Shown one piece after another: positions 11,102 to 21,077 of a DNA stretch of 64,000 nt. Source of the DNA: Rebecca billardiae RCC1528 (taxonomy: Eukaryota > Protista > Haptophyta); the NCBI GenBank assembly GCA_965240325.2, contig OZ251234.1, forward strand, positions 868,001-932,000. Direction: 5' to 3'. Positions within the stretch are counted from its first letter, which is position 1, and every line of letters starts with the position of its first letter. The notes below the pieces were generated by a model, which saw nothing but the letters and a program-made list of their open reading frames with translations, was not told the DNA's origin and searched no databases. A program made the position numbers and the translations under genes.

Positions 11102-13729
11102 ATGGGCAAGGACAAGCACAAGCACAAGGAGAAGGACAAGGACAAGGACCGGGACCGCGACCGGCACGACAAGAAGAAGGACAAGGACCACGACAAGGAG
11201 CACGAGACGGAGGAGGAGAAGAGGCAGCGCCGGCTCGAGAAGAAGGCAAAGAAGGCGGAGAAGGAGGCGGAGAAGCAGAAGCTCTTCATGGGCTACTCGA
11301 ACGAGGCGAACCCGTGGAACGACGGGCGGCTCACCGAGCGCTTCGTCTGGCAGAAGAAGGAGCAGAAGGTCGGCGGCGACGCCGGCGGCGTGGCCGCGCC
11401 GCCCTCCGCGTCGGCCGACAAGGAGAAGCGCGCGCAGCTGCGCGCCGAGCTCGAGCGCGTCAAGAAGGCGCGCGAGGAGCGCGAGCGCGAGCGCGACGCG
11501 TGGGAGGCGGAGAAGGAGCGGATGGAGCGCGAGCGCGAGCAGCTCTCGTACGTCGAGCACCAGAAGCGCGCCGACGAGTTCCACCTGCGGCAGGCGGAGA
11601 CGCGCGCGGCGATCAGGCTGCAGGAGGGGCGCGCCAAGCCCATCGACGTTTTGTCCTTCCACCTGCTGCTCGCCGAGCGGGAGGACGAGGCGCAGGCGTC
11701 GCGCGCGCGGGGCGACGCGCCCGCCGCGGCGGAGGACGGCGCGGACGGCGCGAGCTCGCTGCTCTCCGAGGGCGTCGCCGCCGCGCTCGGCGGCTCGGCG
11801 GCGCAGGCGGCCGAGGCGGCTGAGCTCCTGCTGTCTCAACTGTCAGACGACATAGTGCGAGATCCGGTGAACCTGTTCCGCGGGCTGACGTCGCACGAGC
11901 TGGCGGCGCTCACGGCGGAGCTGGAGGAGCGTGAGCGGCTGGACGACGTGCACCGCCCGTTCTGGGACGCGATGCTCACCGTCTGCCGCGCCGAGTCCGA
12001 CTTCCAGAGCCGGCGCGAGCGCGAGCGCCGCACGCGCTACGCAGAGTACGTGGCTTCGCAGGGCGGCGGCGGCGGCGGCGGCGGCGCGGAGGAGGAGGCG
12101 GTGGGCTCGGAGGCGTCGCGGCCGGTGGGCTTCGTGACCGGCGGGCTCCACGAGTCCGTCGCGCGCGACGTGGGCCGCAAGCTCGGCGCGAAGAGCCTCG
12201 CCCAGCTCGAGGAGATGCGGGGCCAGATTGAGGACACCATCCGGAAGGCGACGCGCCGTCAGCAGCGCGCGCAGCGGCTCGCCGGCCAGGCGGGCCCGGC
12301 GCCGTTCGCCGCGGCGGAGGACGCGTACGGCGAGGGCGCGCGCGAGGAGGAGGGCGGGTCTGGTGGCGACGACGACGACGACCAGCAGGAGATCGACGTC
12401 GACTACTGGACCGGCGTCCTCGAGCTGCTGCGCGTGCAGGCCGCCAAGGCCAAGCTGCGTGACGTGCAGCGCGGGATTGTGGAGCGGCAGCGCGCGCGCA
12501 TGGCCGCGCGCGCCGCCGGCGCCGCGGGCGACGAGGCGCTGCCCGCGCTCGGCGCGCGGGTGGACGAGGGGGCCGATCCGGGCGGGCCGGACCTCGCGGT
12601 GCGCGGCGTGCCCACCGCGCCGCGCACCGCCGCGGTCGGCGACGGCGACGAGGACGGCGCAGAGGCGGACGGCACGCTCGGCGCCGCAGACGGGCTGGAC
12701 GAAGGGCAGCTGACAGACGACCCGATGGTGGCGCAGGACGGGCGGTACTCGCCGCCGCTGGTGCGCTTCGAGGATCTGGACGAGAAGGAGCGGCGGCAGG
12801 TGGTCAGCGCCGAGCAGGACACGATGGCGCTCGAGGCGGAGCGCAGGCGCGTCGCCGCTCGCTTCAGGCGCGCGCCGGCGCCGCCAGAGCAACAGCCTGA
12901 GGCGGGCGCCGCCGCCGCCACCGCCGCCACCGCCGGCGCTGAGCCGGCGCCTGACGAAGGCGGGCCGAGCTCCGCCGGCGGCGCCGGCGGCGCGGACGCG
13001 GGTGCCTCCTCCGAGCCGCCGCCCGCGCCCACCTTCGCCGACGCGCTCGTCAGCGAGGAGGCCCGCAAGGGCATGGGCGCGGGCGAGGCGCAGTTCTCCT
13101 TTGAGTTCAAGCTCGAGCAGCACGAGGCCGTGTGGCATGAGAAGTACAAGCCTCGCAAGCCGCGCTACTTCAACCGCGTGCACACCGGGTACGAGTGGAA
13201 CAAGTACAACCAGACGCACTACGACCACGACAACCCGCCGCCCAAGATGGTGCAGGGGTACAAGTTCAACATCTTCTACCCAGATCTGATCAATCGATCG
13301 GTGCGTGCGCCACCGGCCGCGACGCGGGCCGGGCGCGCCGCGCGGCCGCGCGCGCGCGCGTGCGCCACGCGCCCACGCCTCACTCGGCGCGCGCGCGCGC
13401 CGCGCCCTTCGCAGTCGGTGCCGTCGTACCAGCTGCTGCCGGACCCGTCTGGCGCGACCGACACGTGCATCATCCGCTTCCACGCCGGCCCGCCCTACGA
13501 GGACGTCGCCTTCAAAGTCGTCAACCGCGAATGGGTGCGCACTGCTTCCCAGCGCGCGCCGCGCAGGCCGCCGCGCGCACGTCCCACTGGCTCACTCGCG
13601 TCGCCCTGCGCCTACGCCGATGCGTGCACTGCGCAGGAGCTGTCCCATCGCCGAGGCTTCAAATTCCGCTTCGAACGCGGCGTGCTGCAGCTCTACTTCA
13701 ACTTCAAACGCTACCGCTACCGCAGATAG
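11102..13729 (+). CDS. CACTIN: Cactin (spliceosome C complex subunit); in-frame introns 13301-13414 and 13535-13636
   Basis: GYSNEANPWNDGRL..FVW, FHLRQAETRAAIRLQEGRAKPID, KPRYFNRVHTGYEWNKYNQTHYDHDNPPPKMVQGYKFNIFYPDL, FHAGPPYEDVAFK, C-terminal FNFKRYRYRR. Confidence 0.96.
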   Translation: MGKDKHKHKEKDKDKDRDRDRHDKKKDKDHDKEHETEEEKRQRRLEKKAKKAEKEAEKQKLFMGYSNEANPWNDGRLTERFVWQKKEQKVGGDAGGVAAPPSASADKEKRAQLRAELERVKKAREERERERDAWEAEKERMEREREQLSYVEHQKRADEFHLRQAETRAAIRLQEGRAKPIDVLSFHLLLAEREDEAQASRARGDAPAAAEDGADGASSLLSEGVAAALGGSAAQAAEAAELLLSQLSDDIVRDPVNLFRGLTSHELAALTAELEERERLDDVHRPFWDAMLTVCRAESDFQSRRERERRTRYAEYVASQGGGGGGGGAEEEAVGSEASRPVGFVTGGLHESVARDVGRKLGAKSLAQLEEMRGQIEDTIRKATRRQQRAQRLAGQAGPAPFAAAEDAYGEGAREEEGGSGGDDDDDQQEIDVDYWTGVLELLRVQAAKAKLRDVQRGIVERQRARMAARAAGAAGDEALPALGARVDEGADPGGPDLAVRGVPTAPRTAAVGDGDEDGAEADGTLGAADGLDEGQLTDDPMVAQDGRYSPPLVRFEDLDEKERRQVVSAEQDTMALEAERRRVAARFRRAPAPPEQQPEAGAAAATAATAGAEPAPDEGGPSSAGGAGGADAGASSEPPPAPTFADALVSEEARKGMGAGEAQFSFEFKLEQHEAVWHEKYKPRKPRYFNRVHTGYEWNKYNQTHYDHDNPPPKMVQGYKFNIFYPDLINRSVRAPPAATRAGRAARPRARACATRPRLTRRARAPRPSQSVPSYQLLPDPSGATDTCIIRFHAGPPYEDVAFKVVNREWVRTASQRAPRRPPRARPTGSLASPCAYADACTAQELSHRRGFKFRFERGVLQLYFNFKRYRYRR

Positions 13730-14675
13730 CCGGTGGACGGATGGCGCGTACGGTCAACTACACGCGCGTGCTGGGCGCCGTGCGGTGCGCATCACGCGCA
13801 GTCGCGCACCCTGGGGTCTCATCGACACTTGCGCGGCTGTGCGTTGTTTCTTGGCGGCGGCGAGTGTTGCAAATGATAATTTTGCTTCGCCTGCGGCTAC
13901 CGTGCGGCATGCCACTGTGCTGAATTTAAGACTCGTCTCTGTCCGCAGGGCCTCCGTGTCCGTGACTCACTCGAAGGCGGAACCTGGCCCTGGGCCGCAG
14001 CCTGGGCGGCCTGGCCGTCTTATTGTTACAGCAATTACGACGTACGACTTGATGACGAAACAATATATATAATAATAAATATATATATATATATAAAGCA
14101 GCAGTACGGTTGAATTTGATGAGTCCTGTCTACTGACTCTACTGGCGCCAGCATGACAGCATATTGAATTATGATGATATTGCTAGGCCCGACTAGCTCG
14201 ACGCCATTGATTATGATCCGCGTCGGGTAATAATATATTATTTATTCACCGCGCCGTCTTTTGGCTCCGTCTAACTCCGGCGAGTCCAACTACTATACTA
14301 ACGTCGGCGAGTCCAAAATTCTACTACTAACTTCGGCCACAACATCATCCACCAGCTGCTGACCAAGAACAGGCTACACCATCGTCCACCATGACCAGCC
14401 ACTGACCAAGTAGGCGACGACATCATCCGCACCAGCTGCTGACCAAGTAGGGGACGGCCTGGCCGACGCCAACATGCTCACTCGCCTTTGATTCCGTACC
14501 CATGCACTTCCTGGTGGGCCTGACGACGTCCGGACGACGACAACAACGACATCCGCCATGGGGACCAACATCAACGTGCTCACACCACTGCCACTGCTGC
14601 AAGCTTCGACCAGTACCACTACAGACGAATCAGGAGAGCTGCGCCCTCGTGCCTGTGTCTTTAAATCATAGAATT

Positions 14676-15126
14676 GGTCCACCCCCCCCCAGTCCGGTCA
14701 GTGGAGCGTTACATCTCGACACTGCAATCGGCGGGATCGCCGCCTCTGATGATCTACAATAGCTCCTAGCCCACCCCAGGCGGTCCCTTGGACGATATTA
14801 CGGCCAGATGGATCATCAGCCACACCTCCAATAGGTCCAGACTCTATTTTCTATAACTAAATACGACCCAGTCCGGGTATCATTTTCGCATATGTATACA
14901 GGTGTCCGGAACGCTCCCGGGCTGTGCTGAAATCTGAGTAAGGGGTGGGTAATTATATAGTAAAATAGAGTAGACCTGATTCTATTGGGAGGTGGTCGGA
15001 TGCGCGACATTTCTCGTTGAAGTCATCAATCGGCCATCGGGGGTCGGAAGGGACTCTGCTGCATGGTCCGCTTGGTTGACGTCGGCTCGGGGCCAAGACG
15101 GTAACGGAGCTGGGGGGGGGTGGACC
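14676..15126. mobile_element. MITE/fold-back-like element with 17-bp perfect terminal IR and a diverged internal IR
   Basis: GGTCCA-C9-AG (14676-14692) vs CT-G9-TGGACC (15110-15126). Internal arms ~14818-14870 and ~14942-14998 are reverse-complementary (ACTCTATTTT/AAAATAGAGT, CCTCCAATAG/CTATTGGGAGG). No clear TSD. Confidence 0.6.
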
Positions 15127-15625
15127 GGAGCCGGAGCCTTTTCGCTGACCGAGGCTATTCATGTTCACTCATTATCAGAATCTTATGTACATCACTGTCG
15201 TTGTCGTTGATCGCAGATCGGTGACGGACACTACGGTATGTTCCGCATGATCAATAACTTTCGATACGCTCTGACTTATATAGCTAACAGTCACTTAGTA
15301 CGGTAGTATCTGTTATGCCGCGTGCGGTTGAACTTATATGAGTATTTTTTGAGTTTGATTCCGGGCTCACCGCTCAGGCGCGGCTGTCGTCGGTTAGCCC
15401 TACTTTACGTAGTGGTCTGTGTCAGTCGCTCAGCAGCAGCAGGCTCTGCGCCGCCGAATCAGCAATCCGTCGTCTCGGACGCGGCGTCGTCAATCATGCG
15501 TCACGGCGGCCGGGCGGGCTTCCCGCATGCAGCGCGTGCGGCATGACGGGCCGTGCTGACAGTCTGACACTGCCGTCCCAGGACGCCGATCGACGACAGC
15601 AGCAGATCTGCGACTGCCTGTGGAC

Positions 15626-16498
15626 TCACTCGTGCGATGACGGCTGGCACAGGTGCATGACCCGTCGCTCGGCGTTCCGAAACCGCCTATGCGCGAGCTC
15701 TGCGCCAAGTGTGCTCTGGAAGAGCGACGTGAGCGAGAGCAAAAAGTGCGAGTGTGAGACGACAGCGACGACGTGCTGCTCCGGTGGGAGCGCGAGCAGC
15801 CACTCCAGCGCGCGCGCCGCACGCGCGCGAACACGCTCTGCGGAGTCCGGGCCATCCTCCTTGTCGTATAGGAAGGGCTCGTCGCTCTCACTGACCCCTT
15901 CGTACGACGCGTGAGGAAATGCCTCCCGCAGGCCGCTCACGGGTAGTCGAGAGTCGCAGGTGAAGTTGGCAACACGCTCGCGCAGCAGGTCCGTCGTCAC
16001 CATCGGAATGCTCGGGGGCTCAGCTTGCAGCTGCGGGATGCCTCGCGTGGCCGTCTCAAGCGTGCGACGGAACGGCGAGCTCGCCACCACATCAAAGCGC
16101 ACATCGGAGCGCTCCAGCTCGGCGCGCAGCTCAGCAGCCTGCGAGCGCCCGAGCGCTGTGAGGGGCGGATCAAGGTAGCGCAGGCCCGAAACTTCCTCGA
16201 GAAGCATCCACGCGATCCCATGCTGCGCGTGCAGCTCGGCGTGGCGGGCATTCTTCTTGTGCAGGCCCTTGCGCTCTGCTGCCAGCTCGGCCGCATTATG
16301 TGTCCCCTCCGCGTGGCGTATCAGGTGCAGCTCCTTGGCGCGAACGCACGCGCCAGCGGCAGGAGGCTCGACAGTTAGCGCGTACTGAGCGACGTCACAC
16401 GCCTCGTGGCCTGAGAGGAGGCGCGCGAGAGGGCTGAATATAAGCAGGCGCCTCACCATGTCGCGCCGCACGCCGGCACGATGACGCGACATCATCAT
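15626..16498 (-). CDS. Histidine phosphatase / phosphoglycerate-mutase-like protein
   Basis: LHLIRHAEGTHN, DPPLTALGRSQA, SSPFRRTLETA, VVSHSHFL, FRNAE motifs. Exact start uncertain. Confidence 0.88.
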   Translation of the reverse strand: MMMSRHRAGVRRDMVRRLLIFSPLARLLSGHEACDVAQYALTVEPPAAGACVRAKELHLIRHAEGTHNAAELAAERKGLHKKNARHAELHAQHGIAWMLLEEVSGLRYLDPPLTALGRSQAAELRAELERSDVRFDVVASSPFRRTLETATRGIPQLQAEPPSIPMVTTDLLRERVANFTCDSRLPVSGLREAFPHASYEGVSESDEPFLYDKEDGPDSAERVRARAARALEWLLALPPEQHVVAVVSHSHFLLSLTSLFQSTLGAELAHRRFRNAERRVMHLCQPSSHE

Positions 16499-17217
16499 CT
16501 TGCGTGCGCGTGCAGTCGCAGCGATTCGCCGGTTCCCTTGTCCGGACCCACAACGGGACGGGCCTCACTGCCTCCGAACCGGCGCGGTGGGCAGAAGCAG
16601 TATTAGGGCGAATTCAAATCCGGTGGCCCAGAACGCCGCGGTGGGCAGAGTGTAACCGGCAACGAGTGCGGTGTCGCGGTGGGCGCAATCAATCATCCGG
16701 GACAACGGTCCGAAGCGTCAGCCAGCCCCGCGGACCGTTTCTGTTCTTGACCTAGTCATACACTGAAGCGCCGTGGGGCGATGGTGTACACAGCTGCAGG
16801 CGTGCGATGCGTCCCTGCGACGCATCCAGCCGTAGCCCAGAAGGCGGAGACTCAGCCGAGCCGCGCCGTTTGGCCGCGCCGGGCCACTGGCTGATCTGAT
16901 TCCGAAGGTCGGCCTCGGCGGACAGGCTCGTGATGCGCGCCACGAGCGCTGCGCGAAGCCTCGCGCCGGGAGGCCGGGCGTGATAGAGTAGCAGCAACGC
17001 CTGGCTCCGCAATCGCCCGGCCGGCCGCGCTGCGGCACGTGCACATGCTCGACCAGGGCCTGATTGCGCGCAGCTGCATGCGCGAGCATCGACTGCGGGT
17101 GCTCGGCAGCGCGTGACGGGGCAGCGAGGGCGACAGCCCCAGCCCCCTGCATGCGCGCGTGTGCTCAGACGGGTGTGCGAGAAGGTGCGGGATGGATGCA
17201 CGACACGTGCGCGCCGG

Positions 17218-17928
17218 TCATTCCTCCTCCTCTTCTTCTCCATCGTGGAAGTTGAGTGCCCGATTCGGACACAAGCATTTGCGCGCCGAGCACGCCTGCT
17301 TCTTTACGCCAAGTCCGCCAAACTTTGGCTTGTCGGAGCAGTTCACGCACTCGCCGCAGTCCGGCCGAAGGCAATTGGCGCACGTGCCGCAACGTGATGA
17401 CCGTATCCTCTTGGCCATACGCTGCGCGCCGTGAAGCGGCGCGGTGGGCAGAGCGCAGGCGTGAGCAATCAGGCCGCAGGAAGAGGGGCAGGAAGAAGGC
17501 GCGGACGCAGCGCGCACCTCCTGCTCCTCCTCGGTGAGTGTCCTCTTGGTGCCGCCAATGTAGGCGAACATGGGGCGTGCCGCGCTCGATCCGCTCAGCG
17601 CGAAAAGCGCGTTCGCCGCTGCCTTGCCCGAGGGCGACAGCGGTCCGTCGAGGTCGAAGTCAGTTGGGCTCGACGGTTCAGGCGCGAGCGCGCGCTTGGT
17701 GGGCAGGTGCAGCGGCGAGAGGCGGCGGTGGTGGGCCGGCTTGATGGGCGCGAGTGCCGGCGTGTGCTCGTCCGGCTCGGGCATCGGTTCGGGGGCGAGT
17801 TCGGGAATGGTCGTCGTGGCGGAGGCGCGTGGGCACTGCCACGTGCGGCGAGTTTTCGAGGGGTCCAACTGGACTTGGCGGCGGCACGCCCGCACAACGG
17901 CGGCGGCGGCGCCGGTCGACAGGTCCAC
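17218..17928 (-). CDS. CXXC zinc-finger protein; in-frame intron 17422-17517; start uncertain
   Basis: RCGTCANCLRPDCGECVNCSDKPKFGG.G.KKQACSARKC matches zf-CXXC including the KFGG motif. Confidence 0.85.
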   Translation of the reverse strand: MDLSTGAAAAVVRACRRQVQLDPSKTRRTWQCPRASATTTIPELAPEPMPEPDEHTPALAPIKPAHHRRLSPLHLPTKRALAPEPSSPTDFDLDGPLSPSGKAAANALFALSGSSAARPMFAYIGGTKRTLTEEEQEVRAASAPSSCPSSCGLIAHACALPTAPLHGAQRMAKRIRSSRCGTCANCLRPDCGECVNCSDKPKFGGLGVKKQACSARKCLCPNRALNFHDGEEEEEE

Positions 17929-18464
17929 GAGTGGAGTGGACGGTTAAACTTGGGCTCAACTTGTGAGCACGTGTCGCGCGATTAGTAGTCTCGGTGCTGG
18001 CTTCACACATGAACCCTCAAACTTGTGCGCTGGCCTGACCTGTGCACAACCAGCGCGCTTCCTTGGAAGCCTCATCAGAACAGGCGCGCCGAAGCAAGGG
18101 TTTCTAGGAGAACACCGACTTTGCCCGCAAAGTACCCCCCTCACGATTCACGCGACGCCTCCCGGCACTTGACTGCAATAGCTGCCAACCGTCACGCGCA
18201 TCAGAGGTCGCGGCGCGGAAAAGCGCCGTTGGCCGGGATCCGGATCCAGACCAAAAGTCCAGGACCGCGTGGATGCCTCGGCGGTTCCTCACGAATCTCC
18301 AGACGCAATCTCCCGAGCTCCATCCCCGAAATCACCCACAAAAGCAGCATATCGCGCGGATATTCTTCACGATCACACAAGCTAGCCGGCCGAGGACCAA
18401 GGCCGACCTTGGTTCCCGAAATCATCAAAGCCGTCAAAGGCTCAAAGCTCGCGAGATCGCCATC

Positions 18465-18668
18465 ATGTGCATGAAGACCTCGTGCCGAGAGTGTGGGAAG
18501 CCGACCTGGGCCGGGTGTGGCCGGCACATCGAGTCCGCCCTGCGAGGTATCCCCGAGGCCGACCGCTGCCCGGGTTGGAAAAGCGGACGCTGCCCGGGCA
18601 AGACGGAATCCGCCTACGTGCCGCCACCGGAGGAGGAGTCGGACAAGAAGGCAAAGGCGCACTCGTGA
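18465..18668 (+). CDS. 67-aa Cys/His-rich microprotein (C-x4-C-x2-CGKPTWAGCGxH...RC)
   Basis: MCMKTSCRECGKPTWAGCGRHIESALRGIPEADRCPGW; ATG at 18465; the motif resembles a small uncharacterised family I recall from bacteria and fungi. Confidence 0.75.
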   Translation: MCMKTSCRECGKPTWAGCGRHIESALRGIPEADRCPGWKSGRCPGKTESAYVPPPEEESDKKAKAHS

Positions 18669-19272
18669 ACGACACTCATTGCATACACGTTCACCGAGCA
18701 TTTTGCGCAGGCAAGCCAGCATGCTCCTCTCTTCCGCAGGCGCATCATTCACCATCGAGACCTGTGGTCGTGGCCCATCCGCGCTGGCTGCCAGTCTCGC
18801 GGAACAGACGCCTGACCGCATCCGCGCGGCCGCGTCGTCGACTGAGTTCCGACGGGAAACTGTGGCAGCCTTCTCAGGACGTGACGACCGCGCGTACTAT
18901 CACATGTCCGACTGCCCGCCTGCAACGTCCGATCAACCTTCTCCTCGCTTCAGATGTACCGGAACCCACTCTGATCTAGCATAGGCAACGAGTTCTCGGA
19001 CTGACGTCGGGGCGCAAGGTGCCCTACCGAAGGTTCACGGCCGGCCGCAGCCATCGCCCGCGGCCGCTCCGGACTCTGGACGGGGGTGTTTGCCCCTGTC
19101 CGGCAGAGCAGATTTCTGCTCGTCAGTCGACGTCGTCACTCGCTGCCAGTGCCTGTCTCGTGAGTCACGTGGTAGTCACCGGCTAGCGTATGCAATAGCC
19201 GCTGCTCATTGATTGAGTGACGCCGCGACTCTGCCGCTGTACATATCGTCATATAGCTCAGCGCAGCCATTA

Positions 19273-20973
19273 TCACTCATCAGTGGCCTGCTCGGCGCCG
19301 CTCGGCCTCACGGGCACGCCGATGATGCCAGCGTCGGCGGCACGCACGGCCTCGTTCACGCGCGCACACTCCTCCGGAGTGCAGCGCCGCCGCCATGTGC
19401 CGCCCGCGCAGCCCACGTCCAGCAGCTCGTTCTCGTCGTCGACCGCCAGCCCGCGCGCCTTGTCTGCAGCGAAGCACGCCCGCGAACGCCGACAGGGTGG
19501 CGACGCGCCGCCTGCGCATGGCATCTTGGCCTGCGTCTGGAAGACCGAGCGCAGGGCGACAGGCGCCTGCACGGCGGCCGAGCGCGCCGGATCGGCGCCG
19601 TCGCCATCGAGCCCGCTGATGGCGTCGCGTGCCGGGGCGCCTGCGGAGTACCACACGCACTTGGGCAGCACCGTGTGCTTCCACGACACCCTCCGGCCGC
19701 ACCGCACCGCGAGCCGGCGCATGACGTAGCGGTCGGGGGGCGGCGGCCCGCCCACCCACTGCTTGCCGCGGATGGCGAGGCCGCGCACGCGCAGCGCGCC
19801 AAGGAGGGCGGCGAGCTCGGCGCCGTGCGCCTCGAGCTGCGCCTGCAGCCGCGCCGACGCCCACGCGTACACCCGCTGGTCCACGGCGCTCAGATTGCGC
19901 AGGCCGGCCATCTGCGCCGCGTCCCGGCGCAGCGCGTCGAGGCTCACCCACGAGGGTGTGTGCCTGCGCTTCTCGGCCGTGTTGGCGTGCCAGTACCGCA
20001 CGTGCGCGTCCTCGATGCCCACCGCGCGCGAGATGAGCGCGAGCGTCTCGTCGAAGCGGTCGGTCGTGCCCACGATGTCGTACACGCCGTCGCGCTCGAG
20101 CTGCTCGAAGAGCGCGCGCTCCTCCGCGGGCTTGAAGCCGCGCTTCGTGCGGATCATGCCGCGCGGCAGACCGGCGAGCTGCTGGCTGAGCTCGTCGCGG
20201 CCGGTGAAGTTGACGATGCCGCCCACGAACTTCTTCTGCATCTGGAAGTCGTGCACGTGGTAGTTGTACGACGAGACGGCGTAGCTGATCGGCTCGCGCA
20301 CGACGGTGGCGAAGACGACGCGGCAGCCCACGCGCTCGAGCGCGGCGCGGATGCGCAGCAGCGCGGGCATGAAGCGCACGCCAAAGCCGCTCACCGACCG
20401 CTTGTGGAAGATGGCAAACGTGCGCGGGTGCGCGGCCGCAAACGCCGCCGGGTCGCGAAGCACCTCCTGCGCGAGGCCGCTCAGCTCGTGCAGATGCACC
20501 TCGCTGTCATCGCCCACCCAGCTGCCGCGCCACTCGTCCGCCCAGTTCTGCAGCTTGGAGAGCCAGTACGCCACCGTCATGCCACCCGTCTTGGCCAGGT
20601 GGCGGAACACGAGGAAGGAGCAGTTGCTCGTGCACCGCCGTGCCGCGTGCACCGCGCGGTCCAGCGGGGCGGGCATCGCGGCTGGCGCACGCGCTTCCAG
20701 CGAAGGGCTTCGCGGGCGCGCCGGCACGCCAGAGCAGTTCCCTGCGCACGCGCGAATGCTGCCGGCCGCTGGTGTTGTGTGCGTCGAGCGCTCCGACACG
20801 CGACCTGCCACGGCACGCTTCGAGGCCACGCTGGGCTTGGGCTCGATACGCACGCCGAGCTCCGTCGGCGCGCCCAGCGCGAATAGCATCGCGCCGAGTC
20901 CCATTGCCGAGACAAAGAGGACGGCGCACGACCAAGGCCCTGGGGCCTCGCTGCGCGTCTTGTCGCCCGCCAT
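19273..20973 (-). CDS. Golgi type II membrane sulfotransferase-like protein
   Basis: N-terminal TM; FRHLAKTGGMTV (5'-PSB loop); ATVVREPISYAVSSYNY (3'-PB); YDIVGTTDRFDETL; D..VY..A. Confidence 0.8.
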   Translation of the reverse strand: MAGDKTRSEAPGPWSCAVLFVSAMGLGAMLFALGAPTELGVRIEPKPSVASKRAVAGRVSERSTHTTPAAGSIRACAGNCSGVPARPRSPSLEARAPAAMPAPLDRAVHAARRCTSNCSFLVFRHLAKTGGMTVAYWLSKLQNWADEWRGSWVGDDSEVHLHELSGLAQEVLRDPAAFAAAHPRTFAIFHKRSVSGFGVRFMPALLRIRAALERVGCRVVFATVVREPISYAVSSYNYHVHDFQMQKKFVGGIVNFTGRDELSQQLAGLPRGMIRTKRGFKPAEERALFEQLERDGVYDIVGTTDRFDETLALISRAVGIEDAHVRYWHANTAEKRRHTPSWVSLDALRRDAAQMAGLRNLSAVDQRVYAWASARLQAQLEAHGAELAALLGALRVRGLAIRGKQWVGGPPPPDRYVMRRLAVRCGRRVSWKHTVLPKCVWYSAGAPARDAISGLDGDGADPARSAAVQAPVALRSVFQTQAKMPCAGGASPPCRRSRACFAADKARGLAVDDENELLDVGCAGGTWRRRCTPEECARVNEAVRAADAGIIGVPVRPSGAEQATDE

Positions 20974-21077
20974 GCTTGTGGTGATCGACGTTGCGGTCGC
21001 AAGGATCGATCTCAGACCGGAGATCCGCTTGCCTCTTCACTGTTGCAGCCTTGCAGGCTGGTGAGCAGCTTTCAAGC

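Noticed and set aside
13298-13421. TCGGTGC direct repeat at the cactin intron borders as an introner TSD
   Set aside because: The spliced protein has the usual cactin spacing and the introns share no sequence family, so coincidence is likely.
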